From contig CM119265.1 in NCBI GenBank assembly GCA_051294375.1, positions 12,009,611 through 12,073,610 on the forward strand: a DNA stretch of 64,000 bases, read 5' to 3'. Every line of letters starts with the position of its first letter. Within the stretch, counting starts at the first letter, position 1. The stretch is from Paraspadella gotoi (Eukaryota; Animalia; Chaetognatha). Below are positions 35,701 through 48,600 of this stretch, piece after piece. The notes beneath the pieces are model-generated. The model was not told the DNA's origin. It ran no database searches and was given only the letters and a program-made list of their open reading frames with translations. Both the position numbers and the translations under genes were made by a program.

Positions 35701-38700
35701 ACTAAAAATACTTTGCTAATAGTCGAAATTTTATATTATCTCTGAAGTTGGTCCCTACTGTGAGAGAGTCCTAATTGTAAGCTTGCAGGGACCTGCTATG
35801 TCATTATCTTATAGGAGAGATGGAGGCCTTAAACCACCAAAGCCTGTCCATTGGACAGTGTCCACTGTCCAAAGTCAGGAGCAAGATAGCTTATTTATTA
35901 AATGAATGGATAATTTTTATATTGGTTGTACCAATTTCATAAAATTCATCTCCTTGTATTTTGATTTTTGATGCCGAGTAGAGTACAATATAGTATTCCC
36001 CGATCTAATACTTAAGGGAGTGGTATTTTCATACAATTGATACATTCTTTGAAACATTATACCACTTTATTGATAGGGAAGCCAGGTACTTTAGGAGTGA
36101 ATAAACAAGACTGTGAGAGAGTCTTGATTGAAAGCTTGCAAGAACCTGCTATGTCATTATCCTGTAAGAGTGATGGAGGCCTTAAACCACCAAAACCTGT
36201 CCAAAGTCAGGGGCAAGATAGCTTATTTATTAAATGAATGGTTAATTTTTATATTGGTTGTACCAATTTCATATTATAAACACTTTTAATAGGGAAAAGT
36301 CATTGACTCTTTTTGACAAAAACTAATTTCTTCTTTTTCAATTTTTGTACCAATCGATTTTGTCGTCCGATAACTTTTAAACACTTGTACCAATCGCTTT
36401 ATCGTTCAATAAGCTTTATTTTATGTATCTATATCTTTGTAAAATTCAGCCATACAATACGGTTTTTTTCGATGTGAAAAAGTGGTTTTTTTTTGCGCCG
36501 TAGTGTACAAGATAATGACAGAGCAGTTCCTTGCAAGCATTCAATCAAGACTCTTTCACAAACTCGTTTATTCATTCCCACAATATAATTTTGACATAAT
36601 TGTATTTGCAAGTACAAAAAGTATATTTTTTACCAAATATTTTGACTTATTTTTTAAGTTATTATCAGTGGTAAAATATTTAACAAGAATTAACAGTTTT
36701 TTCTGGAAACAAATAAGAAATATAGAGAGAGACTAAGAGAGAGAGAGGGAGAGAGTGTAGAGAAGTTTCCGTCTCTCTACGCCGCTCGAAGCAATATCAG
36801 TTGGTCCAGGAAAGGCTTGGCTAAATACCGCAAACGACAAGGCATCCACTGACTCTATATCATGAGTATAATCTCGAAGACAATGTAAGAGAAATCATAG
36901 AGTAAATCGAAGTGTAATTCTAAAGAAATGCATCAATAATCCGTCATATAATCCAGCAATAATTCGTTAAAGCCAGTGTAAAATGCCGTAGGAAAATGGT
37001 TAAAATACCGAGGGAAAATCGTCCAAGCGAGCGGAATCTATCAACTGAATTCGCGATCCAAAGTCTGACTGAGGTTGACCGGGGGAGAAGAGGAGAGAGC
37101 AAGAGAGAGAAGTCTCTCTCGGTCCACAAACTATCTGGTTCTACTTCACCCCCACCAGTGGTCAATCAAACGGGTCTCAATCAATCATAGTTTCCCTCGG
37201 TTCTAAAATTTAACATCTAATGACTAGATAAAGGTATGACCAAAAAACTAAAAACACCATGATCTGGTGAAAAACTAAATAAGACCATCTTCTTATTTCA
37301 TTCTTCTTCTTTGTTTCATTTTTGACGCTATGATTCCACATTTCAGGCGTCCATTCCATTTTGTTCCAGTTTCTGAAGTTCCTCCTGACGGCCCCGGCGA
37401 TGTTGTTGTTCTTGAATCCCCATCATGCACCGGCTGCTGTCTTCTCTCAGAGTCGCGTCATCACTCGGATTCGTTTCTTAAAAGAAAGGTTAGAGGGAAA
37501 CAAAGAGCAGTCTGTTTCCTAATATTTGGTTCTTGTCCGTTCTTTTGTTTAGATTCTTTCGTTCCATTTTGTGATCATAGGGGTGCCGTAAAACTCAGCA
37601 AATCAAAGTCGTAGGTTCTTTAAAAAAAATATTTATGAAGAATAATTTAATTCTTTAAATCCAATTCCTTGAAACGATTTCAATTCATCATTCATTTATG
37701 GCTTAAATACATCTTACCTCTTGAAGACGCCAACCGTACAAAATTGTATTTATCCAGTCTCGAAATATTCATGCTCAGGTTGCTGTTGCTGTTAATTCTT
37801 TTCAGAGTGGATGACCTCTTCTGTGTCCAAAGTTATTCAGATTCAATCAAGGATCCAATCAACGATATTGATGAAGGAATGTTTTGGATCAGGGATAATA
37901 ATTTGATAATTCAATTCAATTCATAATTCAAAGGGGTTCATAATTCATAAGAACAATCAAGGTTTTCATCACAGAAGGGTTTCAAATAAAGTCTCCATAC
38001 CATGGAATTGAAAGATAAATAGAGCTCAAAATGAGCAGGCCCCCCTTGGTTTATGCAAATGAAAGGCCCCAACGATGTAGCCGGGTCATTGACGCGTCAT
38101 TGGTTGAGATGACAATCTTATTGAGTTCGTTGTCATTGCATTAGGCAGACTTCCTTGCGGGAAAAGATCAAGTGCAACTTAAATGTCTCTCTGGCCTGAT
38201 ACGCCTGCCACTTTTGTGGCAGGAGTGACGGACTCCTCTCCCTCCTCATGTAGCCGTCGTTTTGGGCGGCGCTCATTTTGAGCTCTATCATAATTCATAA
38301 TTATTCACTTTAACAGTCACTTATCTATCCCTCACAAAAAATTTATCATTTCACATTTAAAAACTTTCTTTCGTTTCATTACTATCTATTATTAGATTAA
38401 TTGTTAAATTCACTATTAGTTTAAACTTATTCCTGGTTGTACATTGCACAATGTATTATTTTGTCTCTCTCTGTTTCTCTCTCTCTCTCTCCTTCTCTCT
38501 CTCTCTGTCTCTCTCTCTTTCACCAATTGACCATTTCACTTCTTTTCACAACTGATCTGTCCTCAACTTAAACTGTACTCATTCTTTAAACCACTATCTC
38601 TGTGTTGGAAACTTTTTGCCCCCTCTCTCTCTCTCTCTCCCTTCTTTTGCACAAATTTATAAATGTTTATTAACGCTAATGAAGGCTCGAAAAAAGAGTC

Positions 38701-41700
38701 GAAACATGTCCGTACAAAAATAAAATCGTTGAAGAACTTATTTTCGAACTTTGCTTAAATCTCAACTCAACGAAACTGAAAGGATTAATACAAAACATTC
38801 ATTAAAAAAATATTAGTTTTTAGCTTAAGCCAAGGGTGTTGAAGAGCTAAAATATTTAAATATTTTTTTAAATATTTATAAATTATAAATTATTATTTTT
38901 TTAAAGATAACTTTCTTTAAGTTTTAAGCTTTAAGTTAATCAATTAATTTAATAATATTTTTTAAAACTGAAAACCCCAAAAACTTCTATGATCCAAAGC
39001 AATTAATTTTAATTTTTAATCACAAAATGTAATTGTTACAAGATAAAATTATTTAAATAATATTCGGATATTACTATAAAAAAATGTTTACTTTATACTA
39101 TATAAATATAATTTTATTTAAAAAATAATTTAAAAAATGATATCTGCATATAAATTTTATACGGATAAGAGTAATAGTTTGGTTTAACTCTATATACAAA
39201 TATTTTGTTATTAAATAAAATAATTTTTTTTAATATACATTAATTTAAAAAAAAATAATTAATTGGTTTTTACTTTGTTCATTAAATAATTGTTTAACAA
39301 AGAAGTTTGTTTTTTCACTAAATTTAAAAACACAAGGAAAAGAAAGTTATGATTTATTAAATATTCATTAAAAATAATTACCTCTTATAATCCGATTCAT
39401 ATATTTAAATTAATTCATAAATTCATTTAGAAACTATTTTACTATATAATAATATTGTTAATTGTTAATTAACTTACTTGATTAGCAAATTATTAACAAA
39501 TTTAAATTATAAACATTGTGTTGAACTTTTTTATTGCATTTTTAAATTTAGAAAAAAAATTAGTGGTAATAACCTTTCTTTTTTCGTTGTTATATGTATT
39601 GAGGCAAAAGGTTTTAGTTCACAACAAATTTTATTTTTCATAGAAAACGTATATGTTTCGCTTTGGATGCAAGCCTTCTTCAGCGTCAAATGATTTGTGA
39701 AATTTTGGACAGTTTTTTTTGTGTGAAAGAAGAGAGAGAGAGAAAAAAAAATGTTATATTAACAAAAAAATTTAATGAATTTGTTAACAATTTTATTTTT
39801 ATCGTTGTTAACAAATTCATTAAATTTTCTTTGTAATCAACAAAAAAGAAAGGATCAAACCATAAATATGTTAACAAATATTTTTTTAATAAAAAAGTTT
39901 TTTTTAAGTTTAAATTTTTTAGGAAATGTTTGAGTGCCAAAACAACAATTTTTTATTATCAATAGTACATGTTTCGACTCTGCTGGTTCGAGTCTTCATC
40001 AGCTTTGAAAACATTAACAAAAATGCTCTACACATTAAGTTAGAGAGAGAGAGAAAGAGAGAGTGAGAGAGATTGAGGGAGAGTTTCCAACAAAGGGCTG
40101 AGTAAAGGACAGTGGCCAGATGAGAGGACAGGTGAAGGTAAGAACAGAGAAGAAGATAATTTTGAAATGGTGAAAAGTGAAAGAGAGAGAGAGAGAGAGA
40201 AAAATAATTACATTTGACAATGTACAACAAAAATAAATTTAGAAAACTTAGAAATAAGCTGAGATTTTGAATTAACAAAAGTTAAATAAGTAATAATGAA
40301 AATTGAAATGGAGGAATAGGTTGTGAGGGATAGATAAGTTAATAGTTAAGTGAAATATATAAGAGAAGAAAGAGCTCAAAATGAGCTGGCCCCCCCCGGG
40401 CGGACAAAGGTGGGACGCTGACGATATGATGGGGTCATTGGCTTGTCATAGACTGAGATGATATTCTTGTAGAGTGGGATATCATGGGGTCAGGTAAAGA
40501 CCTGGCTGGGAAAATACCAAGCGCCACTCTAATATCTCTTTGGTCTGATAAGCCTGCCGAAGGGCCTCCTCTCACCTGACGGTGAGGTGGGCGGTTGCCT
40601 GTTCTTGCCCGTTTTGGTGCAGGAGATACAGACTCCTCTCCCTCCTCCTGTAGCCGTCGTTTTGGGCGTTCTGGCGTTCAGAGAGTCACGCCAAGTTGCT
40701 ATAGGTTCGGGAGAGGTATTGGACGTCCATTGCCTGCCAGGAGGCCTCCGCCTGACCCGTTGAGTTGGGACGGGGAATCACCGTGCGGTTGGGGTGGCAT
40801 TGGGTGTTCCACCACCAGTTTGATTAGCGAATCATAGCTTGGAGGGAGATTGAATCATCCTCCATCACGGTTCAAAGAGGGTTCGAGGGCTTTGATGTAA
40901 ACAGCCTCTCTAATACCTCTAATCAGCTCATTTTGAGCTCTTTCTTCTCTTATATATTTCACTTAACTATTAACTTATCTATCCCTCACAACCTACTCCT
41001 CCATTTCAATTTTCATTATTACTTATTTAACTTTTGTTAATTCAAAATCTCAGCTTATTTCTAAGTTTTCTAAATTTATCTTTGTTGTACATTGTCAAAT
41101 GTAATTATTTCTCTCTCTCTCTCTTTCACTTTTCACCATTTCAAAATTATCTTCTTCTTCTCTGTTCTAACCTTCACCTGTCCTCTCATCTGACCACTGT
41201 CCTTTACTCAGCCCTTTGTTGGAAACTCTCCCTCAATCTCTCTCACTCTCTCACTTTCTCTCTTTCTCTCTCTCTCTCTAACTTAATGTGTAGAGCATTA
41301 TTGTTAATGTTTTCAAAGCTGATGAAGACTCGAACCAGCAGAGTCGAAACATGTACTATTGATAATAAAAAATTGAAAATTTTAATAGACACATTTTAAT
41401 CCGACAATATTTTAAATAAACCAGTCTGGGTGTCATTCTGTTCGTTTTTCCAAGCTCCTTTTAACTAAAAAAGTTTTATTTAAAAAAAAACTTTTTCGCC
41501 CGAGCCAGGGGTGTTAAAGACCCAAAATATGAAATTTAACCTTTTATGAGTATTTTTTAGCTTTTTTCAGTAAATTTTTTAATATAATTATCATTAATCC
41601 AGTTAATTATTAATGATACTGCTTTTAATTTATCATATTTAACTATTTTTAAAACATTCATTCACAAAAAATATTAGTTTAGGGCTTAAGCCAGGGGTAA

Positions 41701-44700
41701 AATTTTTAAATTGTCTTTAGTATTTTCAAATGATAATTTACTATTTTTTTTAGGATTACATATTTTAATCATGATAATAAAAATATTTTACAATTTTAAA
41801 TGTTTTTTTAAGTTAATTAACATAATTAATTTTTTTATAATTAAAAGCATTAAAAACAATTGTGACCTATTTCTAAAAAGTTTTTTTTAAAAGATTCATC
41901 TTTAAAACAAAGCAATTCATAAAATTTTTTAATCAAATAATAAAATTGTTACAACAAAGATTATTCAAATGATATCCATTATCCAGATTTTATGCGATAT
42001 CGCATAGAAAATATTGTTAATGAACTGAAACTAATGTTCTAGTTATGGCAATTTTACCAAAATTAGGTTAAGGGTTAGTGTTTAGTTTTAACATTTGAGG
42101 TAGTTGTAATTAAGGTTGAATAAGTAAAAGTTAGCATTACGATCAACAAGGTTGTTGTAGTTATACCCAACTGGAAAGTGACAGATGGGAAAAGTTTTAT
42201 CGGTTCAAGGTTCATGCTTGGCCTTGGACGCGAAGCGGAGGTTAGGGCCATGGGAGGGACTTACGTGGGATGCTAGGATAGAAATTATTTATATTTTATA
42301 TGGTGACAATTTTACAAGCGCCGGTAGAAATACGCTGTCATTTGCAAACCAGTGGTTATTTCATTGATTTTAAAAATTATTTGAGTAGAATATATTAAAG
42401 TCATTTATGTGTTCAAATTTTATATTGATCAGTTAAGATATGCCTTGGCAATGAGTGGAGAAAGTTGGCTTGTAAAATCGGGTTTCATTTTCTAACTCAC
42501 TTTTTTAGATTCAATTTTTTTTTCTTACTTTCAGTAAGTGTTCTGAAGAAATTTAAAATAAAATAATATTAATATTATTATCTTCTGAAAGCCCTTTCAA
42601 ATTTAAAGAGAATGACATACTTGCAAATACTGTAGTATAAAATTTAACCGGCCCAGCTTTAATTTAATTAGGATACTCAAAAACAAGACATCTTTTAAAA
42701 AATCAATAGCTGGAGGGTAAATTTAAGATTTTTATCAAATTGTGATTGGCTATCTTAAATCTCCTTTTTTCAAGCTCTTTCATGATACTTATATAAATAA
42801 TAATATATTATGTTATAATAATTAAATCAGGTCATATATTTTAAAAAAAGATTTGAAATTTTAGATAATTAACTTTTGACTCTCTTAATTGAACTAAGGC
42901 TGGGCAGCTTAATTTTTATGTTAAAGCTTTCGTAACTATATCATTCTCTTCATTTTTTTAAGGGCTTTCTGAGGATATTAATATTGTTAATATCTTAATA
43001 AATACTTTGTTTAAAAAAGAGCTAAAAGTTGAAAAAAAAAAAATTAAAAACAGTGAGTTGGAAAATGAAACCCGATTTTACAAGCCAACTTTCTCCACTC
43101 ATTGCCAAGGCATATCTTAACTGATCAATATAAAATTTGAACACATAAATGACTTTAATATGTTCTACTCAACTAATTTTTAAAATCAATGAAATAACCA
43201 CTGGTTTGAAAATGACAGCGTACTTCTACCGGCGCTTGTAAAATTTTCACCATGTAATTAGGATTTTCAAATTTAAATTTAAAAAAAAACATTTATTAAA
43301 AAAATATTTGTTAACATATTTATGGTTTGATCCTTTCTTTTTTGTTGATTACAAAGATTACAAAGAAAATTTAATGAATTTGTTAACAACGATAAAAATA
43401 AAATTGTTAACAAATTCATTAAATTTTTTTGTTAATAAAAATTTTTTTTCTCTCTCTCTCCCTTCTTTCACACAAAAAAAATGTCCAAAATTTCACAAAT
43501 CATTTGACGCTGAAGAAGGCTTGCATCCAAAGAAAAAAGAAAGGTTATTACCACTAATTTTTTTTTCTAAATCTAAAAATGCAATAAAAAAGTTCAACAC
43601 AATGTTTATAATTTAAACTTGTTAATAATTTGCTAATCAAGTAAGTTAATTAACAATTAACAATATTATTATAGAGTAAAATAGTATCTAAATGAATTTA
43701 TGAATTAATTTAAATATATGAATCGGATTATAAGAGGTAATTATTTTTAATATTTTATAAATCATAACTTTCTTTTCCTTGTGTTTTTAGATTTAGTGAA
43801 AAAAACAAACTTCTTTGTAAAACAATTATTTAATGAAAAAAGTAAAAACCAATTAATTATTTTTTTTTTAAATTATTGTATATTAAAAAAAATTATTTTA
43901 TTTAATAATAAAAATATTTGTATATAGAGTTAAACCAAACTATTACTCTTATCCGTATAAAATTTATATGCAGATATCATTTTTTAAATTATTTTTTAAA
44001 TAAAATTATATTTATATAGTATAAAGTAAACATTTTTTCATAGTAATATCCGAATATTATTTAAATAATTTTATCTTGTAACAATTACATTTTGTGATTA
44101 AAAATTAAACTTAATTGCTTTGGATCATAGAAGTTTTTGGGGTTTTCAGTTTTAAAAAATATTATTAAATTAATTGATTAACTTAAAGCTGTGGTAAGTC
44201 GCCTCAAAGCATTTAAAGATATCAAATATTTTCATTACCATGATTAAAATAAGTTATCTTTAAAAAAATAGTAAATTATAATTTATAAATATTAAAAAAA
44301 ATATTTAAATATTTTAGCTATTCAACAGTCAACACCCTTGGCTTAAGCTAAAAACTAATATTTTTTAATGAATGTTTTAAAAACAGTTAAATAGGATAAA
44401 TTAAAATCATTATCAGAGGTAATTAACTTGATTAAAGATTATTATATTAAAAAAATTAACTGGAAAAAGCTAAAAAATACTAAAAAATGGTGAATTACCA
44501 TATTTTGACACTTCAACACCCCTGGCTCGGGCGAAAAAGTATTTTTTTTTTAAATAAAACTTTTTTAGTTAAAAAGAGCTTGGAAAAACGAACAGAATGA
44601 CACCCAGACTGGTTATCTAATTAAAACTTTGTCGGATTCAAATGTGTCTATTAATTAATATTAAAAACTGCCACAATGGTTACTTTAAAATAGTGACGCC

Positions 44701-45575
44701 AGACCGAGCCGTCCGGAGGAAAATCGGCAGGACGCTCTGTCGTCGAAAACCGTACATGAAAATAGAGAGAGAAAAAAGATACTTTTTTTCCTCTTAGTTA
44801 TTTTCGAGCCTTTTTCCTTGATTTGACTTACGAAACTTACCAAGAAACGGAAGAAGAAAGGTTCTCGACGATGAGACGGTAGCCAGTTCTAGGCCCCGGC
44901 CCCCGCCCGCGCGGCGGAGGGCGTCCGAATCGATCCTCGCGATATCCATATCCTCCGCCACCGATGCCTCGAGTGTTGGGTCGCCGCGCGTGCTCCACCA
45001 CCACCCGAACGCCCATCATTGTACGACCGTTCAGCTCGTGGACGGCGTCTGGCGAGGAAAAAGGAGAAAGGAAAAGGCAAAGGTGGAAACAACAAAGATT
45101 AAAGAAAACAAGTTTGAGCAAACAATGTCGGATCTGCCTACGAAAATTAATTAATTGATTGATTAATTAATTAAATAATTAATTTTAATATTTATAATTA
45201 ATTATAAATTTATATACAGCTTTTCATCATCGATATCCTTAAAATAAAGTAAATGTGTCGAGTAATATTCTTCTCGATCCTTGTCGACGTCCAAAGAGTC
45301 TTTCGCGGAGAGAATTAACTGCTTTTGACGGTCTCTATATATCAAATTTGAATATCTCTCGCCGTAAGAATTGTAAACAAACACGAAAATAATCCGTGAA
45401 AATATTGTTTTTTTTTTTGCGGAGAAAAATCGATGTAAACAATGTAAATTCGAGCAAACGTCCAAATGATATACAGAATTTTGTGAAAAAATAGTTGAGG
45501 TCTCCATGAAGTCGCGAAAAAGAATCGAATAATAATCCAGTAAAAAGTCGCTAACCAAGAAAAGTGCAGAGAGAT

Positions 45576-45623
<48 letters not shown>

Positions 45624-48600
45624 AAAGAGTCGGGTCGTCGGTCGATAATAAGGTCAATGTCGGGTCAATGTCTAACTATGACTAGAATAGGCCGAACGTT
45701 TCTTCAAAATGTGACTTATATTTTTTCCATTTAAACTCATTTCTACTGGCACAATTCCGTCAAAACTTTATATCTAGCTTCTTCACAAACTTTCCTTCCC
45801 GCTCACAAAATTTCATCTCAATCTATTATGGGTTAAAATAAGTAAAAAGATTCAAGTAAATGTGACTCATATTTTTTTCATTTAAACTCATTTCCACTCA
45901 TACCGAAACTTTATAACAAGCTCGTCACACATTTTCCTACCCACAAACAAGTATTTATTGGTTAAAATAAGTAAAAAAATTTTAGTAAATGCGACTTATG
46001 TTTTTTCCATTTAAACTCCTATCCACTCACACGATTCCGTTGAAACTTTATATCCAGCTTCATCACACATGTTCCTACCCATACATAAAATTTCATTCCG
46101 ATCCAACCAGCCAATCACGAGTTATTGGGGCTTTTTGCTAAGGTGGGATGGATGGACGGATTGATTGACTAATTAATTAGTGATTAATAATAAGTTTTCT
46201 TAATTTTGATTACAGATTTGAATTCCTCTTCAAAAGTTAATAAAAGAAAATATAAATCATTTTTAAAAATTCTTTCATTTAGTGGGTTAAAAATTAAAAA
46301 AACTATATTTAATATATAAAAAATTAATTTTCAGCTTAAAATATAGCTTTTTCTAACTTTTGACCCACTTAATAAAAAAATTTTTCAAAAAGAGTTATAT
46401 TTCTTTTTATCAACCTTTTATGACGAATCCAAATCTTCAAAAAAATCTTAAAAAAAAAATGGTTTGAAATTTTAACATTTATTGATTTAGTACTAGTATA
46501 AATATAAGCCACTGCGTAAATTGTAAAATTTATTATAAATTTTTTTATTACATAAATGTTCATTAATATAATGTTGTTCATTCCTCACTTTTAGAATTTT
46601 AATTAAAGTTAAATTTAGAAATTTTACTACGCCTTAATATGCAGGATGTATTAATAAATCAAATTAATTAATCAGTTAATAATCAATTAGTCAATTAATT
46701 AATCAATAATTAATTAATCAGTCAATCAATCCGTCCATCCGTCCCACCTTAGCAAAAAGCTCCAATAACTCGTGATTGGCTGGTTGGATTAGAATGAAAT
46801 TTTGTGTGTGGGTAGGAAAGTGTGTGATGAAGCTGGATTATAAGTTTCGACGGAATCGTGTGAGTGGAATGAGTTTAAGTGGAAAAAACATAAGTCGCAT
46901 TTACTAAAATATTTTTACTTATTTTAACCAATAAGTACTCTAATTAATCATAATTGGATGGATAGATTGAGTTACACATTTTTCTACCCACACAAAAAAT
47001 TTGAACGATGCTTGATATAAAGTTTCGGTGGAAACGTACGAGTGGAAATGAGTTTCCTGGATGCTCATTATGGATTTTCCACGCCAGTTTTTGCGTTGAA
47101 CCACTTCCGGTTTTAAAATTCATGATTTTTGAAATAAATAAGTTTATTCAGCCAGCATACTAAATAATAAAATAAAGTTACCAATAACCTTAATATTACA
47201 TTTTTTATTTTAGTTTATAAATAAGGTTATAAAAATATTATTACAAAAGGCGTCAAGTTAAAACTTCATAATTCTTTTAAGCCAAATTGGCCCTGACCAA
47301 ACTACTTTACTAATTTTAATAAAATTTTACTATCTGGTTAAACAAATAGAACTGTCTAAGGGATTTTAAATCTTTAATCTTTAAACCAAGATATTGGCTT
47401 TTAAAAAGATTACCAAGTGATGCAAAAAGTAGCGAATTAGATGGTAGGCGACTTAGCCTTTGCAGCAAGCAAGCCTCTCACTCAACCCTTACCCTAAACA
47501 GTAAGGCGTAGTGAAAGTTACATACGAAGATTCTAAAAGTCAATTATGAACAACATACCATCAGTGAACATTAATTTGTAAAAAAAATTAATTTTATGTT
47601 TTTAATTTTGCAGTCGGCTATATTTATATATAGTACTATCCTTATAAAATAGAAAAATTTCAAAATAGGCTTTTCTTAATTTTGATTGCAGATTTGAATT
47701 CCTCGTCAAAAGTTGATAAGAAAATATAAATCATTTTTAAAAATACTTTCATTAAGTGGGTTAAAAATTTAAAAAAACTATATTTAATATATAGAAAATA
47801 ATTTTCAGCTTAAAATATAGCTTTTTCTAATTTTTGACCCACTTAATGAAGGAATTTTTAAAAAAGAGTTATATTTCTTGTTATCAACTTTTTATGACGA
47901 ATCCAAATCTGCAAAAAAATCTTAGAAAAAACTGTTTTGAAATTTTAACATTTATTGGTTTAGTACTAGTATAAATATGGCCTACTGCGTAAATTGTAAA
48001 ATTTATTCTAAATTTTTTTATTACATAAATGTTTATTAGTATAGTATTGTTCATTCCTCACTTTTAGAATTTTAATTAAAGTTAAATTTAGCAATTTTAC
48101 TACGCCTTACTAAACAGGGCCCTAAACAAAACCTTAATCTTATCAGTTTCCCTGGCTTGGGATATCTAACCTAGCCCTAACCCTAACGTGGGCTTTTGTT
48201 CTTACCCGAGCAGCCTTTCCCTAACCTTAACCCAAGCTCGTGTACTTCCTGCTCAACCTTAACCCTAAACTGGTCCCTGTTCCAAACCCTCACCAGTTTC
48301 CCTGGCTGGTGAAATCTGCAGAGAGCCACTTCCTTAGCCCTAACCCTAACCTAGGCCTCCTGTTTTATATCATGCCAGAACCCTAGCCCTGCATCACTCC
48401 AGAGCCTCTCCACCAACCCCACATCAGCCTGAGGTTCACCTCTGAGCCTCAACTCAGGCATCCCTGCTTCCCGGCCATCAATAAGGCTAAGTTTTAATTC
48501 TTAATTTCCTTCCCCAGTACTTTCCCTAACCCTAACCCAAGCTTCCTGTCCTTTTCTTAGCCTGTCCAAATTGCAATATCACAATACTTAATCTTGTTAT

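Larger units (their letters stand above)
39950..41373 (-). mobile_element. 5'-truncated Penelope-like element with inverted pLTR
   Basis: GIY-YIG C-terminal remnant [21 protein letters not shown] at 40920-40858, followed by a 3' region and pLTR to about 39950; inverted pLTR copy at 40925-41373. Confidence 0.9.

Noticed and set aside
36760-38000. Possible decayed Penelope ORF or gene
   Set aside because: Multiple stops and no motif I could recognize; left unannotated
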